Positions 1 to 9,856 are shown, counted from the stretch's first letter. The stretch is 61,423 bases of DNA from an uncultured bacterium (GCA_964543655.1 CAZIZE010000011.1:1-61423), one strand, 5' to 3'. The notes: generated by a model not told the origin, from the letters alone. A program made the numbers and translations.

Positions 1-1
1 T

Positions 2-145
2 CCTAAAAATAACTTTAATACAGGGAATAATCATAGCTCAGTTTATGACGATGACGACTATTATTGTGATGACGATGATGAATTAACAGATCCTGCATAT
101 AGCTCATTAGCCGGAAATATATATCATGATATTTATGATGATTAA
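2..145 (+). CDS. 3' end of an Asp-rich hypothetical protein (runs off left edge)
   Basis: Open frame read by hand: PKNNFNTGNNHSSVYDDDDYYCDDDDELTDPAYSSLAGNIYHDIYDD*, TAA at 143-145, followed by a hairpin. Confidence 0.55.
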   Translation, partial: PKNNFNTGNNHSSVYDDDDYYCDDDDELTDPAYSSLAGNIYHDIYDD

Positions 146-150
146 ATATC

Positions 151-200
151 AGCTCCCACTCTTATTGTTTTTAACTTTAACTTTAAGTGGGAGCTTTATT
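151..200 (+). terminator. Probable intrinsic terminator
   Basis: AGCTCCCACT (151-160) and AGTGGGAGCT (186-195) form a perfect inverted repeat followed by a T-rich tract; the loop is long (25 nt). Confidence 0.5.
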
Positions 201-323
201 ATTTTAAGGATTTACATTTTTATCATTATCAGCAAAATCTTTAGTTTTAATTTTATTTAAAACTGGATTTAGGATATATGTTTCATCAAACATTTCTGTA
301 TCAGGTGTCAATTATCATGAAAA

Positions 324-683
324 TTGACATTAAGAGTATTTAAAGATAAGAATAGGTTTTTAACTGCCTATGAAATCAGTAGTCTAATAAAAAGAGAATC
401 TATCTTTTTAAAGAAAGAACAGATATTGTTTGCTAAGAAGCTTGGTTATTATGCCAGCAAGAATATTCTTATTAAGTACCCTGTTTTTGAGCTAATAAAA
501 CAAGGATTAATAGATACAGATAAAAAAATTAAATATGATATAAAATATATGTACTGCCTTTCCTCTTCCGGGCTTGAATTATTAAAGTATATTGAACCTA
601 ATTCTGTTGCTATAAATATGATAGCCAATCATTTACTTTTTATTTTACCCTTTGATCTAGTGCACCTGTATCAAAGAAATTAA
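324..683 (+). CDS. Hypothetical protein, winged-helix-like, possibly decayed
   Basis: LTAYEISSLI helix and ELIKQGLI...YCLSSSGLELL wing-like pattern; TTG start without clear RBS; 3' end overlaps the IS remnant. Confidence 0.4.
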   Translation: MTLRVFKDKNRFLTAYEISSLIKRESIFLKKEQILFAKKLGYYASKNILIKYPVFELIKQGLIDTDKKIKYDIKYMYCLSSSGLELLKYIEPNSVAINMIANHLLFILPFDLVHLYQRN

Positions 684-898
684 AGGTACCTGAAAATATA
701 GATATAGAATATCAGCCGCTGTATAGCCCAGAGTTGAATCCTGTGGAGAGGCTATGGAAATGGTTGAAGAATAATACAATTCACAATAGGATATTTGAAA
801 AATTAGAAGATATGCTAAATGCAGTATGTGAGGAATTAAAAAAGATGACGAAAGAAAAATTTATGGAATTATGTAGATGTAACTATATGACATTTTAA
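671..898 (+). pseudogene. IS630-family transposase C-terminal fragment
   Basis: Hand translation SKKLKVPENIDIEYQPLYSPELNPVERLWKWLK...CRCNYMTF*; YSPELNPVE is the IS630 DDE motif; in-frame TGA at 653-655 and no start codon. Confidence 0.9.
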
Positions 899-914
899 GT
901 TGAAAATTGTATTA
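671..914 (+). mobile_element. Truncated IS630 element, right end only
   Basis: Transposase tail followed by GTTGAAAATTGTAT-TA, consistent with a terminal repeat plus TA target. Confidence 0.6.
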
Positions 915-953
915 AGTTGTTATAGGATTATACAATTGGCTTTGAACAGTCTC

Positions 954-2408
954 CTATGAAAGTTTCAGAATTTCATTAGCTTCTTCTTCTGGTAATTCCT
1001 CAACTTCTTTCAATTTTCTTTCCATTGCCCTGGTTCTAACTCCTGTTTGTTCAATTGTGTTGGTAGCAGTGTTTAATTGTTTTTTTACTCTGTCAAGTAC
1101 ATCTCCAAACTTTTTAAATTCTGTTTTAACAGCTGCTAAAATTCTCCACACTTCAGCTGAGCGTTTTTCAATAGCAAGTGTTTTAAAGCCAACTCTCAGG
1201 CTGTTTAATATTGCACTCATTGTAGTTGGGCCTGCTATAATAACTCTGTGATTTTGCTGTATTTTTTCCATTAAACCAGAGATTCTAATAACTTCCGCAT
1301 ATAAACCCTCTGTTGGTAGAAACATTATGGCAAAATCTGTTGTATAAGGTGGGTTAATATACTTTTTGTTTATATCCTCAGAGAATTTGAAAACTGCTCG
1401 CTCCAACTCTTTTCTATATTTTTGCACTGAGCCAATATCACCTATATCAATTGCATCAATCAATTTTATATAATTTTCTTGGGGAAATTTAGAATCAATG
1501 GGAAGCCATATGTTGGTTAAAGTTTTATCTTTTCCAGGTAATTTTACTGCAAACTCCACATGCTCAGATGAAGAAGGGTTGGTCTTTACATTTGCCTCAT
1601 ATTGGTCAGGAGTTAAAATTTGCTCTAAAATTGCATGTAATTGCACTTCTCCCCATGTACCACGGGATTTAACATTGGTAAGCACTCTTTTTAAATCTCC
1701 CACACCAGTTGCAAGGTTTCTCATTTCACCAAGACCTTTTTGCACAGCTTCAAGTTGTGTAGTTACAAGCTTAAAAGATTCACCAATTCTTTTATGAAGG
1801 GTACTCTGCAATTTTTCCTCAACTGTTTCTCTCATTTTTTCAAGTTTGCGGTTGTTATCTTCTTGAATTAAGGTAAGTTTTTCTTCAACAACTTTTCTAA
1901 TGTTTTCAAGATTCTTATCAACTTTTTCACTTAAATCTTTTAAAGTTAGATTAAAATCATTAAATTTTTTCTCCTGCATCTCTGTAAGAGCATTAACTGA
2001 GCTGCTCAATTTTTTTTCAAGATATTTAAAGTTTTCATTTAATTCTTCACGGTTATCTTTAGAAATTTTGTTTAAGTTATTTATAAATTCATTTATTTTA
2101 TTAAAAAAAGTCTGATTCATTTTATCAAATTTCTCATTGTTTGAATTTATAAGTTCATGTATTATTCTCTGAATCTCATCAAATCTTTTTAAAAGAGAAT
2201 CACTAAAATTTTTCATTGATTCTGAAAGTTCATCTCTAATTAATTTTGAATTGTTTAAATTTTCTTCTCTATTTTTATGAAATTCATCTCTAATAATTTG
2301 CTCATTTTTCTCAAATTTATCAGAAATGTCTCTGCTACCTGTTTTCTGAAAAATGATTATTAAAAGCAGAGTGTTTATTAATAAGAGGCCAATAATTGCA
2401 TAAAGCAT
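954..2408 (-). CDS. rmuC: DNA recombination protein RmuC
   Basis: N-terminal TM, coiled coil, RGTWGEVQL, PIDSKFP, FAIMFLPTEGLY motifs. Confidence 0.93.
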   Translation of the reverse strand: MLYAIIGLLLINTLLLIIIFQKTGSRDISDKFEKNEQIIRDEFHKNREENLNNSKLIRDELSESMKNFSDSLLKRFDEIQRIIHELINSNNEKFDKMNQTFFNKINEFINNLNKISKDNREELNENFKYLEKKLSSSVNALTEMQEKKFNDFNLTLKDLSEKVDKNLENIRKVVEEKLTLIQEDNNRKLEKMRETVEEKLQSTLHKRIGESFKLVTTQLEAVQKGLGEMRNLATGVGDLKRVLTNVKSRGTWGEVQLHAILEQILTPDQYEANVKTNPSSSEHVEFAVKLPGKDKTLTNIWLPIDSKFPQENYIKLIDAIDIGDIGSVQKYRKELERAVFKFSEDINKKYINPPYTTDFAIMFLPTEGLYAEVIRISGLMEKIQQNHRVIIAGPTTMSAILNSLRVGFKTLAIEKRSAEVWRILAAVKTEFKKFGDVLDRVKKQLNTATNTIEQTGVRTRAMERKLKEVEELPEEEANEILKLS

Positions 2409-2420
2409 TGCTTCATCTCC

Positions 2421-2864
2421 TTAAATTCCAGTAGAACCAAAACCAGCTTCTCCTCTTTCTGTTGAGTCTAACTCTGTAACAACCTGAAAATAAGCTTTTT
2501 CAACTTTATTAATTATCATTTGAGCTATTCTATCACCATTTTTTATAATAAATCTTTTATTTGAAAGATTTATTAAAATAATCTTTATTTCACCTCTATA
2601 ATCTGCATCAATAGTGCCAGGTGTATTTAACAAAGTTATACCATGTTTAATAGCAAGACCGCTTCGTGGTCTAATCTGTGCTTCATAATTGGCAGGTAGG
2701 CTAATGGCAATTCCTGTTGGTATAAGCTTTCTTTCCAGAGGCTCTATTGGAATTTCTTTATCAATACAAGCAAAAATATCCATTCCAGCTGATAGCTCTG
2801 TCATATATTCTGGAATTTTAGCATTCTCTGATAATTTTTTTATTTTTATTCTAATTTTTTCCAT
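2421..2864 (-). CDS. dut: dUTP diphosphatase
   Basis: [31 protein letters not shown] motifs. Confidence 0.97.
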   Translation of the reverse strand: MEKIRIKIKKLSENAKIPEYMTELSAGMDIFACIDKEIPIEPLERKLIPTGIAISLPANYEAQIRPRSGLAIKHGITLLNTPGTIDADYRGEIKIILINLSNKRFIIKNGDRIAQMIINKVEKAYFQVVTELDSTERGEAGFGSTGI

Positions 2865-3280
2865 TTTTTTAATCCTATTTTTTCAACTAATTCTATCTCT
2901 TTTTCACACATTATTGCATCATCTCTTTCAGAAACAGTATGATCATATCCAAGTAGATGTAGGATTCCATGAATAATCAGGTACATTATTTCATAAAAGA
3001 GAGAGACCTCCCACTCATCTGCTTCATATTTTGCAACATCTAAAGAAATATAAACTTCTCCAAGCTCATCTTCTTCATTAAAAGGGAAAGAAATAACATT
3101 TGTAGGTTTATTTTTGTTAAAATAAATTTTATTAAGATTGGTAATAAAATTATTATCAACAAAAATAACTGTAACTTTTTTATCAAGAATATTAAGTTCT
3201 TTAAGTAACTTATTGGTATAACTTCTGATTCTTGAAATTAATTTATTTTGAACTTTTGTTTGCTGTCTTATGCTTATCAT
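2846..3280 (-). CDS. ybeY: rRNA maturation RNase YbeY
   Basis: PTNVISF and [11 protein letters not shown] metal-binding motif; phoH-HD-ybeY context. Confidence 0.95.
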   Translation of the reverse strand: MISIRQQTKVQNKLISRIRSYTNKLLKELNILDKKVTVIFVDNNFITNLNKIYFNKNKPTNVISFPFNEEDELGEVYISLDVAKYEADEWEVSLFYEIMYLIIHGILHLLGYDHTVSERDDAIMCEKEIELVEKIGLKKWKKLE

Positions 3281-5486
3281 CTTTTGGATACTCTATTCTA
3301 TGGTGATAAATAGATGTTAATGTGTTAACAAAGCTGTTTCTAATTGTGGTAAGTTCTTTTAAAGTTAATCTACATTCATCAAGCTGCCCGTCATTTAGGA
3401 TAGATTCTATCATATTTTTAACAAAACCTTTAATTCTCGCTGGAGTTGGGTCATTCAGGGTTCTTGAACTTGCTTCAAGCACATCTGCCAGCATAATAAT
3501 TCCAGCTTCCTTTGTTTTTGGTTTTGGCCCTGGATATCTGAAATTTTTTTCATCAATATCTTGTTTTGAATCACCTTCGTTAATTTCAAGTGCTTTTTTG
3601 TAAAAATATTTAATAAGACTTGTACCATGGTGTTGCTGTATTATATCCACAATTTCATCACCAAGTTTATATTTTTTTGCAAGCTCAACACCTTCTTTTA
3701 CATGAGAAATTAAAATAAGGGCACTCATATTTGGGGTAATGTTATTATGCTTATTCTCTTTGTTATTTGAAATATTTTCAATAAAATATAGTGGCTTATT
3801 AATTTTACCAATATCGTGGAAATAGGCACCAACCCTTGCAAGGAGCGAATTTGCACCTATTTCTTTTGCTGCTGATTCTGATAACCTACCAACAAGAATG
3901 CTGTGCTGATAACTGCCAGGTGCTTTTGTAGAAAATTCTTGAAGTAATGGATGCTCCAAACTACCAAGCTCAAGAAGCCTTAATTCTGATGTGTATCTAA
4001 ATAAAATTTCAACAATAGGGATAATTCCTAAAAATACAGTTGAGGTGAATAATCCATTTATTAGTCCAGCAAAAAGGTTAATACCAGTGGATAAAGAGAA
4101 AAAATTTTGATGTTGAAAAAGAATAGACAATCCTAATATTGTAAGAATGTTAAATGTCCCAAGTTCAAAACCTATTTTTATGAAGGTAAATCTTTCAGAA
4201 CAACATTTTGTCCGTAATATCATATAGAGAGAACCAAGCAGTGAATATATCATCATAACAGGGCTAATTAATATGTATAGAAAAAAAGAGGTTAGAATTG
4301 CAGAAGCATAAGCATATTTTTCATTTATTGTGATTTTTAAAAGAATTGTTGTAACAGCAGATGGAATTAAAAAATAGAAAAACATAGGTATATTTGAAAA
4401 AGAAGTTGAGAGAAGTGTAGAAATATTTGTAAGAATTCTAAATACTATTGCACTAAGTGCAATTGTTATGCAGAAAAATAACAGATCTCTTGCTGAAATA
4501 AGTTTTTTACTTAAATCATCGAGGAAAATTTGATATACAATAAATGAAAACAAAAATAGCAGTATAAAAATACTTACACATTTTTTTATCAATGAGCCAA
4601 TGTTTCTTTCTTTTTTTATTGCATTGAGTTTTGCAAGAGTTTCTTTGGTTATGGGACTACCTTCTCTTACAATTATTTCATTTTTCTTGATTATATAGTA
4701 AACAGGCTTAACTTTTTTCTCAAGGTCTTTTTTTCTTTTTTCTGTTTCAACTCTGTTATAGTGCAGGTTAGGCTGTATTAAATGATTAGCAAGATAGGTT
4801 AAAAATTTTCTTAACACATAAGGTCTCGTTGAGTGTCCTGTAATTGCAACATAATTTTTTTTTATAAGATTTTTTACAATATTTAATTTATAAAAAGTAT
4901 AAATATCCTTTTTAATAATTTCTTCATTTGAAGGTAATAACCTTATAAGTACACCACGATTTTTATAAACATCTATTTTAGAATCATTTGCAACTATCCC
5001 TTTTTCCATATAGTGACTGATAAGTTTTATTAATATCCACTCTATATCTTCAGAGAATTTTTTTCTTTCAAGTAGTTTAAACTCAGAATCTTTAATTTTG
5101 CATTGACACAATTCTTCAAGTTCATTCTTTAATTGCTTTCGAACATCATTGGTAAAAGGCAGATTTTGCCTACATTTTTCAAAATAGATGCTTAATTTTT
5201 CTTTTATATTGTCAAGTAATTCTGTATCAAAATCGTAAACAGGAAGTAGATTTTCTTTGAGCCTTTTTATTTTTTCTTTTGTTGCTTCTTGATCATAAAC
5301 AGTAAGGTTTTTTGGTGATTTAATGTCTGATTTTGCTATGTCTCCAACTTTATAGTTGTAAGTTGTTGGTAGATATGGAATTAGTGCAAGATATGTTATT
5401 AAAAAACATAAAATTAAAAATGAGCGGTTTATTTCAAATTTATTTTTTAAATCAAATATATATTTATCAAATTTATTTAGCTTCAT
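3243..5486 (-). CDS. pgpH: 7TM-HD phosphohydrolase (PgpH-like cyclic-di-AMP phosphodiesterase family)
   Basis: Extracellular domain, multiple TM helices, APGSYQHS, FHDIGK, QHHGT, MLAD motifs; lies between phoH and ybeY. Confidence 0.85.
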   Translation of the reverse strand: MKLNKFDKYIFDLKNKFEINRSFLILCFLITYLALIPYLPTTYNYKVGDIAKSDIKSPKNLTVYDQEATKEKIKRLKENLLPVYDFDTELLDNIKEKLSIYFEKCRQNLPFTNDVRKQLKNELEELCQCKIKDSEFKLLERKKFSEDIEWILIKLISHYMEKGIVANDSKIDVYKNRGVLIRLLPSNEEIIKKDIYTFYKLNIVKNLIKKNYVAITGHSTRPYVLRKFLTYLANHLIQPNLHYNRVETEKRKKDLEKKVKPVYYIIKKNEIIVREGSPITKETLAKLNAIKKERNIGSLIKKCVSIFILLFLFSFIVYQIFLDDLSKKLISARDLLFFCITIALSAIVFRILTNISTLLSTSFSNIPMFFYFLIPSAVTTILLKITINEKYAYASAILTSFFLYILISPVMMIYSLLGSLYMILRTKCCSERFTFIKIGFELGTFNILTILGLSILFQHQNFFSLSTGINLFAGLINGLFTSTVFLGIIPIVEILFRYTSELRLLELGSLEHPLLQEFSTKAPGSYQHSILVGRLSESAAKEIGANSLLARVGAYFHDIGKINKPLYFIENISNNKENKHNNITPNMSALILISHVKEGVELAKKYKLGDEIVDIIQQHHGTSLIKYFYKKALEINEGDSKQDIDEKNFRYPGPKPKTKEAGIIMLADVLEASSRTLNDPTPARIKGFVKNMIESILNDGQLDECRLTLKELTTIRNSFVNTLTSIYHHRIEYPKDDKHKTANKSSK

Positions 5487-6420
5487 AAGCTCGGATTATA
5501 TCCTTGACTATCTTATGTCTCACTACATCACTTTTTGTAAATTTTACAAAAGCAATGCCTTTTATATCTCTAAGAATAATTTCAGCTTCAACAAGACCTG
5601 ATTTAACGTTGTTGGGTAGATCTATTTGAGTAATGTCACCTGTAATAACAGCTTTGGAATTAAAGCCAAGTCTTGTTAGAAACATTTTCATCTGTTCTGA
5701 AGTGGTATTTTGAGCTTCATCAAGGATAATAAAAGAATCATTTAGAGTCCTGCCTCTCATAAACGCAAGAGGAGCAATTTCTACAAAGCCTTTTTCTATT
5801 AATTTGCTAACATTTTCAACACCAAGAATGTCGTTTAAAGCATCATATAAAGGACGTAAATATGGATTAACTTTTTCTGCTATATTGCCTGGTAAAAAAC
5901 CAAGCTTCTCACCAGCTTCAACAGCAGGCCTGGTTAAGATAACTTTACCAACTTTGTTAAAAGTAAAATAAGATAGAGCAAGAGCTATTGCTAAGTATGT
6001 TTTTCCAGTACCTGCTGGACCAATGCCAAAGGTAACAGTATTATTTTTAATAGATTCAACGTATATTTTTTGGACAAGTGTCTTTGGAGTTATCTGCTTT
6101 TTCTTTTTTAATTTATTAATAGGTATTGCATTTAGAAAAATATCTTTAAAAGGAACTTCAGGATTATTTTTGTGAAATGAATATAGGTCATCAATTTTGT
6201 CATATGCAAGCTCAAACCCGTTGTTAATAAGATCGTTTAGTTTTGTAAAAAATAATTCTATATCAGCAATATCTTCTTCTTCACCTTCAAGTCTAAAATA
6301 ATTCCCTTTAATATTTATTTTAACATTGAACAGCTTTGAGATATATTTTAGGTTTTTATTAAATTCTCCTGAAATATTCAATACATGTTCGTCACTGCCA
6401 ATCTCAAATTCTGCTATAAT
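5473..6420 (-). CDS. phoH: PhoH-family ATPase (probable ATT start at 6420; track start is TTG 6381)
   Basis: GPAGTGKT, RPAVEAGEKLGFLPG, LAFMRGRT, DEAQN; AGGAGGA at 6434-6428 precedes an in-frame ATT. Confidence 0.93.
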   Translation of the reverse strand: MIAEFEIGSDEHVLNISGEFNKNLKYISKLFNVKINIKGNYFRLEGEEEDIADIELFFTKLNDLINNGFELAYDKIDDLYSFHKNNPEVPFKDIFLNAIPINKLKKKKQITPKTLVQKIYVESIKNNTVTFGIGPAGTGKTYLAIALALSYFTFNKVGKVILTRPAVEAGEKLGFLPGNIAEKVNPYLRPLYDALNDILGVENVSKLIEKGFVEIAPLAFMRGRTLNDSFIILDEAQNTTSEQMKMFLTRLGFNSKAVITGDITQIDLPNNVKSGLVEAEIILRDIKGIAFVKFTKSDVVRHKIVKDIIRAYEAK

Positions 6421-6542
6421 TTTCTAATCCTCCTAAATTAATTTGTTATTTTTTTATAATACCATAAAATTTTATTAATTCAAATAAATTTTTAATTTGG
6501 AAAGTGATTGAAATTAATTGAAAAACCTGTTATTGCTCTTTT

Positions 6543-7286
6543 ATGGAGAAAATATTAAATCTTTTTAATAAAAATGATAAAATAGTTTTAGCATTTTCAG
6601 GTGGCAATGATAGCTTTCTTTTAGCATATTTATTAAAAAATTTTTGTAATTTAAAATTAATATTTGCAAAGACTCCTTTTCATTCAGAACGATTTATAAA
6701 TTTTGCTATAAATAGAGCAAAAATTTTAAATTTTACCTTGAATTTTATTTATATTAAAGTTTTTCCAGAAATAATTATCAGAAATGATAAGAATAGGTGT
6801 TACTATTGCAAAAAACTCCTTTTCTCAGAAATTAAAAAAAAATATAGAGACCAGCTTGTTGTTGATGGTACTAATTTTTCTGATACTTTTCAGTTTAGAC
6901 CAGGATTAAAAGCTCTTGAGGAATTGAAAATCCTTTCTCCATTTAAAATATGCAAGATTACCAGAGAAGATATTTATAACTATTATGAGAAACTGAATTT
7001 GAAGAAATTTATTGTGCCTTCAAATACATGCCTTGCAACAAGGGTAAAATACAATTTAAAAATTACAAATAAAATTTTAGATAGAATTGATTGTGTAGAA
7101 AAATTTTTACACGAAAACAGCATTACTCTTTCAAGATTACGTGTTACACCAGATAATTACTACATTGAAGTTGAAAAAGGAAAAATATCTTATGTTAAAG
7201 AGAAGTTGTTACACCATATAAAAAATATGTTAAATTCTGATAAAATTAGTGTAAGAGAATATAAAAGAGGGGTTTTTGATAATTAA
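6543..7286 (+). CDS. larE: PP-loop ATP-dependent sulfur transferase, LarE-like
   Basis: AFSGGNDS PP-loop, RCYYCK, DGTN..D...RPG, SNTCLATR. Confidence 0.8.
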   Translation: MEKILNLFNKNDKIVLAFSGGNDSFLLAYLLKNFCNLKLIFAKTPFHSERFINFAINRAKILNFTLNFIYIKVFPEIIIRNDKNRCYYCKKLLFSEIKKKYRDQLVVDGTNFSDTFQFRPGLKALEELKILSPFKICKITREDIYNYYEKLNLKKFIVPSNTCLATRVKYNLKITNKILDRIDCVEKFLHENSITLSRLRVTPDNYYIEVEKGKISYVKEKLLHHIKNMLNSDKISVREYKRGVFDN

Positions 7287-7287
7287 T

Positions 7288-7316
7288 AAAAATCAGGGCA
7301 GTTGCCCTGATTTTTT
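7288..7316. terminator. Bidirectional intrinsic terminator between convergent larE-like and oadB
   Basis: AAAAATCAGGGCA-GT-TGCCCTGATTTTTT. Confidence 0.9.
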
Positions 7317-8448
7317 ATTTCATAAATAAGCTCAAAAAGTATCCACCAGCAATAGCAGAGCCAATTACACCTGCAACATTTGGTCCCATAGCATGCATTA
7401 ATAAAAAATTCTGTTTATTTTCCTTTTGACCCATATGTTGAACAATTCTTGCTGACATTGGCACAGCTGAAACACCAGCAGCACCAATCATCGGGTTAAA
7501 TGGCTCTTTTGATAATTTACAATAGATTTTTCCCATTAAAACTCCTCCTGCTGTACCAATTCCAAAAGCTACCAGACCTAACACAAGCACAAGAATAGTT
7601 TTGGTATGTAGCACTGCATCAGCAGGCATAGAAGCACCAATTCCGAGCATTAGAAATATTGTAACAATATTCATAAGTGAATTTTGCGCAGTTTCTGATA
7701 ATCTTGGCACAACACCAGATTCTCTAAAAAGATTGCCAACCATCATCATTCCTATTAATGGAGCTGATTTGGGCATAATTAGAATTACTAAAAGCATGGT
7801 AATTATTGGAAAAAGCAGCCTCTCTGTTCTTGAAACAGGCCTTAACATTGGTTTCATATAAATTTTTCTCTCTTCAGGTGTAGTTAATGCTTTGATAATA
7901 GGTGGCTGTATAATTGCAACCATTGCCATATATGAATAAGCTGCTGTTGCAGTAATCCCCATAATCTGTGGTGCAAGGATGCCTGTGGTATAAAGTGTAG
8001 TTGGGCCATCAGCTCCACCAATTATTCCTATGGAGCATGCTTCTGGAATAGTAAATCCAAGCAGGACAGCTCCTAACATTGCAAAATATATTCCCAGCTG
8101 TGCAGCAGCGCCAAGGATAAATGAACGAGGGTTGGCAATTAATGGGCTAAAGTCTGTCATTGCACCTATACAGAAAAATATAAATTGTGGCAAAATAGTC
8201 CATTGATAAAGCCCATACTTTAAAATAATTCCAAGTACACCAGCCTGTCCTGGTCCAAGACCTGGTGCAGGCTGTGTAATGATTCCTGTTAATGGAAGAT
8301 TTGCTAAAACCATACCACAGCCAATAGGGAGAAGCTCATAAGGCTCCCATTTTTTTACAACCCCAAGGTAGATAAACCCTAAACCAATAAGAATCATAAT
8401 CACATGAGGTAAATCAAGCCCCGAAAAACCTGTCATAAACTTAATCAT
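7315..8448 (-). CDS. oadB: Na+-translocating decarboxylase beta subunit
   Basis: GAMTDF, GAAAQLG, IGIIGGADGPT, AYSYMA, GAAGVSAVPMSAR, MGPNVAGVIGS. Confidence 0.95.
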   Translation of the reverse strand: MIKFMTGFSGLDLPHVIMILIGLGFIYLGVVKKWEPYELLPIGCGMVLANLPLTGIITQPAPGLGPGQAGVLGIILKYGLYQWTILPQFIFFCIGAMTDFSPLIANPRSFILGAAAQLGIYFAMLGAVLLGFTIPEACSIGIIGGADGPTTLYTTGILAPQIMGITATAAYSYMAMVAIIQPPIIKALTTPEERKIYMKPMLRPVSRTERLLFPIITMLLVILIMPKSAPLIGMMMVGNLFRESGVVPRLSETAQNSLMNIVTIFLMLGIGASMPADAVLHTKTILVLVLGLVAFGIGTAGGVLMGKIYCKLSKEPFNPMIGAAGVSAVPMSARIVQHMGQKENKQNFLLMHAMGPNVAGVIGSAIAGGYFLSLFMK

Positions 8449-8597
8449 TTTTTAACCTCCGCTTTTTTCTTGGATTCAAATTTGTTAACAATTTTGCCAA
8501 CAGTTTCCATAATGTAGGCAAGAGCAACCATAATAAAAATAACAAGGCCAAAGCCAATACCAAAAATTTCTAATGCTTCTTTAAAATTACCACTCAT
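8445..8597 (-). CDS. oadG: Na+-translocating decarboxylase gamma/delta-type subunit (50 aa, not in track)
   Basis: GGAGG RBS; MSGNFKEALEIFGIGFGLVIFIMVALAYIMETVGKIVNKFESKKKAEVKK with one TM helix; ATGA overlap with oadB. Confidence 0.8.
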   Translation of the reverse strand: MSGNFKEALEIFGIGFGLVIFIMVALAYIMETVGKIVNKFESKKKAEVKK

Positions 8598-8703
8598 GTT
8601 CAACCTCCAAATTAGAATTAATATTTTTCAAAGCATTTATAATGCCAAAAATAAAATAGTGTTTTAAATGCCCATGTTTAAAGGTTTTTCCTTAAATAAT
8701 AAA

Positions 8704-8743
8704 AAAAGTTGTAGTGTATAGAGAAATATACACTACAACTTTT
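8704..8743 (-). terminator. 17-bp perfect hairpin downstream of secG
   Basis: AAAAGTTGTAGTGTATA-GAGAAA-TATACACTACAACTTTT; T-run on minus strand. Confidence 0.7.
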
Positions 8744-8771
8744 AAAAAATATGGTGTAGTAAAAAATCTAC

Positions 8772-9083
8772 TTATTTGTTTTTAGGTAAAGGAAAAGGCT
8801 TTGTCTTCTGTGTCTGAGCAGGTACTTTCATATTATCAATAACAGAAGCTTTTTTATGTGTACCATTGTAAGACATTAATAACGACAGAAGCATAAATAT
8901 ACCTGCTAAAACTGAAGTTACTTTAATTAGAAAGCTACTTGAACCTTTGCTACCAAAAAATGAGTCACTTGAACCTCCACCACCAAAAGCAGAACCCAGA
9001 TCCATACCTGAACTTGCCTGAAGCAGTACAACAATAACAAGCAAGATGCAGATTATAATATGAACAATTAAAAGCGCACTCAT
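8772..9083 (-). CDS. secG: Preprotein translocase subunit SecG
   Basis: VLLQ...DLGSAFGGG between two TM helices; follows tpiA. Confidence 0.95.
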   Translation of the reverse strand: MSALLIVHIIICILLVIVVLLQASSGMDLGSAFGGGGSSDSFFGSKGSSSFLIKVTSVLAGIFMLLSLLMSYNGTHKKASVIDNMKVPAQTQKTKPFPLPKNK

Positions 9084-9085
9084 AT

Positions 9086-9841
9086 TTACTCCTTGTCAAA
9101 ATTTATTATCTTTTGAAAATCTTCAAATTTTAAAGATGCTCCACCTACAAGCACTCCATCAACACTATTTACATTGATAATATCTTTAATATTTGAAGGT
9201 TTAACGCTACCCCCATACAATATAGGAAGATTAATTGCAATATTTTTTTTGAAAAAATCTTTTATAAAGTCATGAACTTCTTCTATTTGGTTAACTGTGG
9301 CAGTTTTGCCAGTACCAATAGCCCAAACTGGTTCATACGCCACTATTAAATTAGAAATTAGAGAATTTGGAATATTTTTTAAACCATTTTCAATTTGTGA
9401 CTTTAAAATATCAAAAGTCTCATTATTCTCTCTCTGTTCAAGCTTTTCTCCAATACAGAAAATTGTTTTAATATTTTTTTGAAGAGTTGCTATAAGTTTT
9501 TTATTAATAAACTCATCATCTTCTTTAAAAAGGTTTCTCCTTTCAGAGTGACCTATAATTACAAAATCTGCATTAATATCAGCTACCATTAATGGGGAAA
9601 TTTCTCCAGTAAATGCTCCCTTATCTTCATAGTGACAATTTTGCAAACCAACCTGAATATTTAATTTATATTTTTCAACTTTATTTTTAAAATAATCAAA
9701 ATATATTGATACTGGTGCGATTAAAATCTCTCTATTTTTGTAGTTAATACTTTCCCTGTTTTTATTAAATTTATCAAGGAAATCATCAATATCTCTTTTT
9801 AGATTATTCATTTTCCAGTTTGCAGCAATTATTTTATTCAT
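9086..9841 (-). CDS. tpiA: Triosephosphate isomerase
   Basis: AANWKMN, IGHSERR, AYEPVWAIGTG, LVGGASL. Confidence 0.98.
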   Translation of the reverse strand: MNKIIAANWKMNNLKRDIDDFLDKFNKNRESINYKNREILIAPVSIYFDYFKNKVEKYKLNIQVGLQNCHYEDKGAFTGEISPLMVADINADFVIIGHSERRNLFKEDDEFINKKLIATLQKNIKTIFCIGEKLEQRENNETFDILKSQIENGLKNIPNSLISNLIVAYEPVWAIGTGKTATVNQIEEVHDFIKDFFKKNIAINLPILYGGSVKPSNIKDIINVNSVDGVLVGGASLKFEDFQKIINFDKE

Positions 9842-9856
9842 TCTCTCTCCTGAAAG

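Noticed and set aside
8700..8760. NrdR boxes
   Set aside because: Only half-site similarity and no ribonucleotide reductase genes nearby
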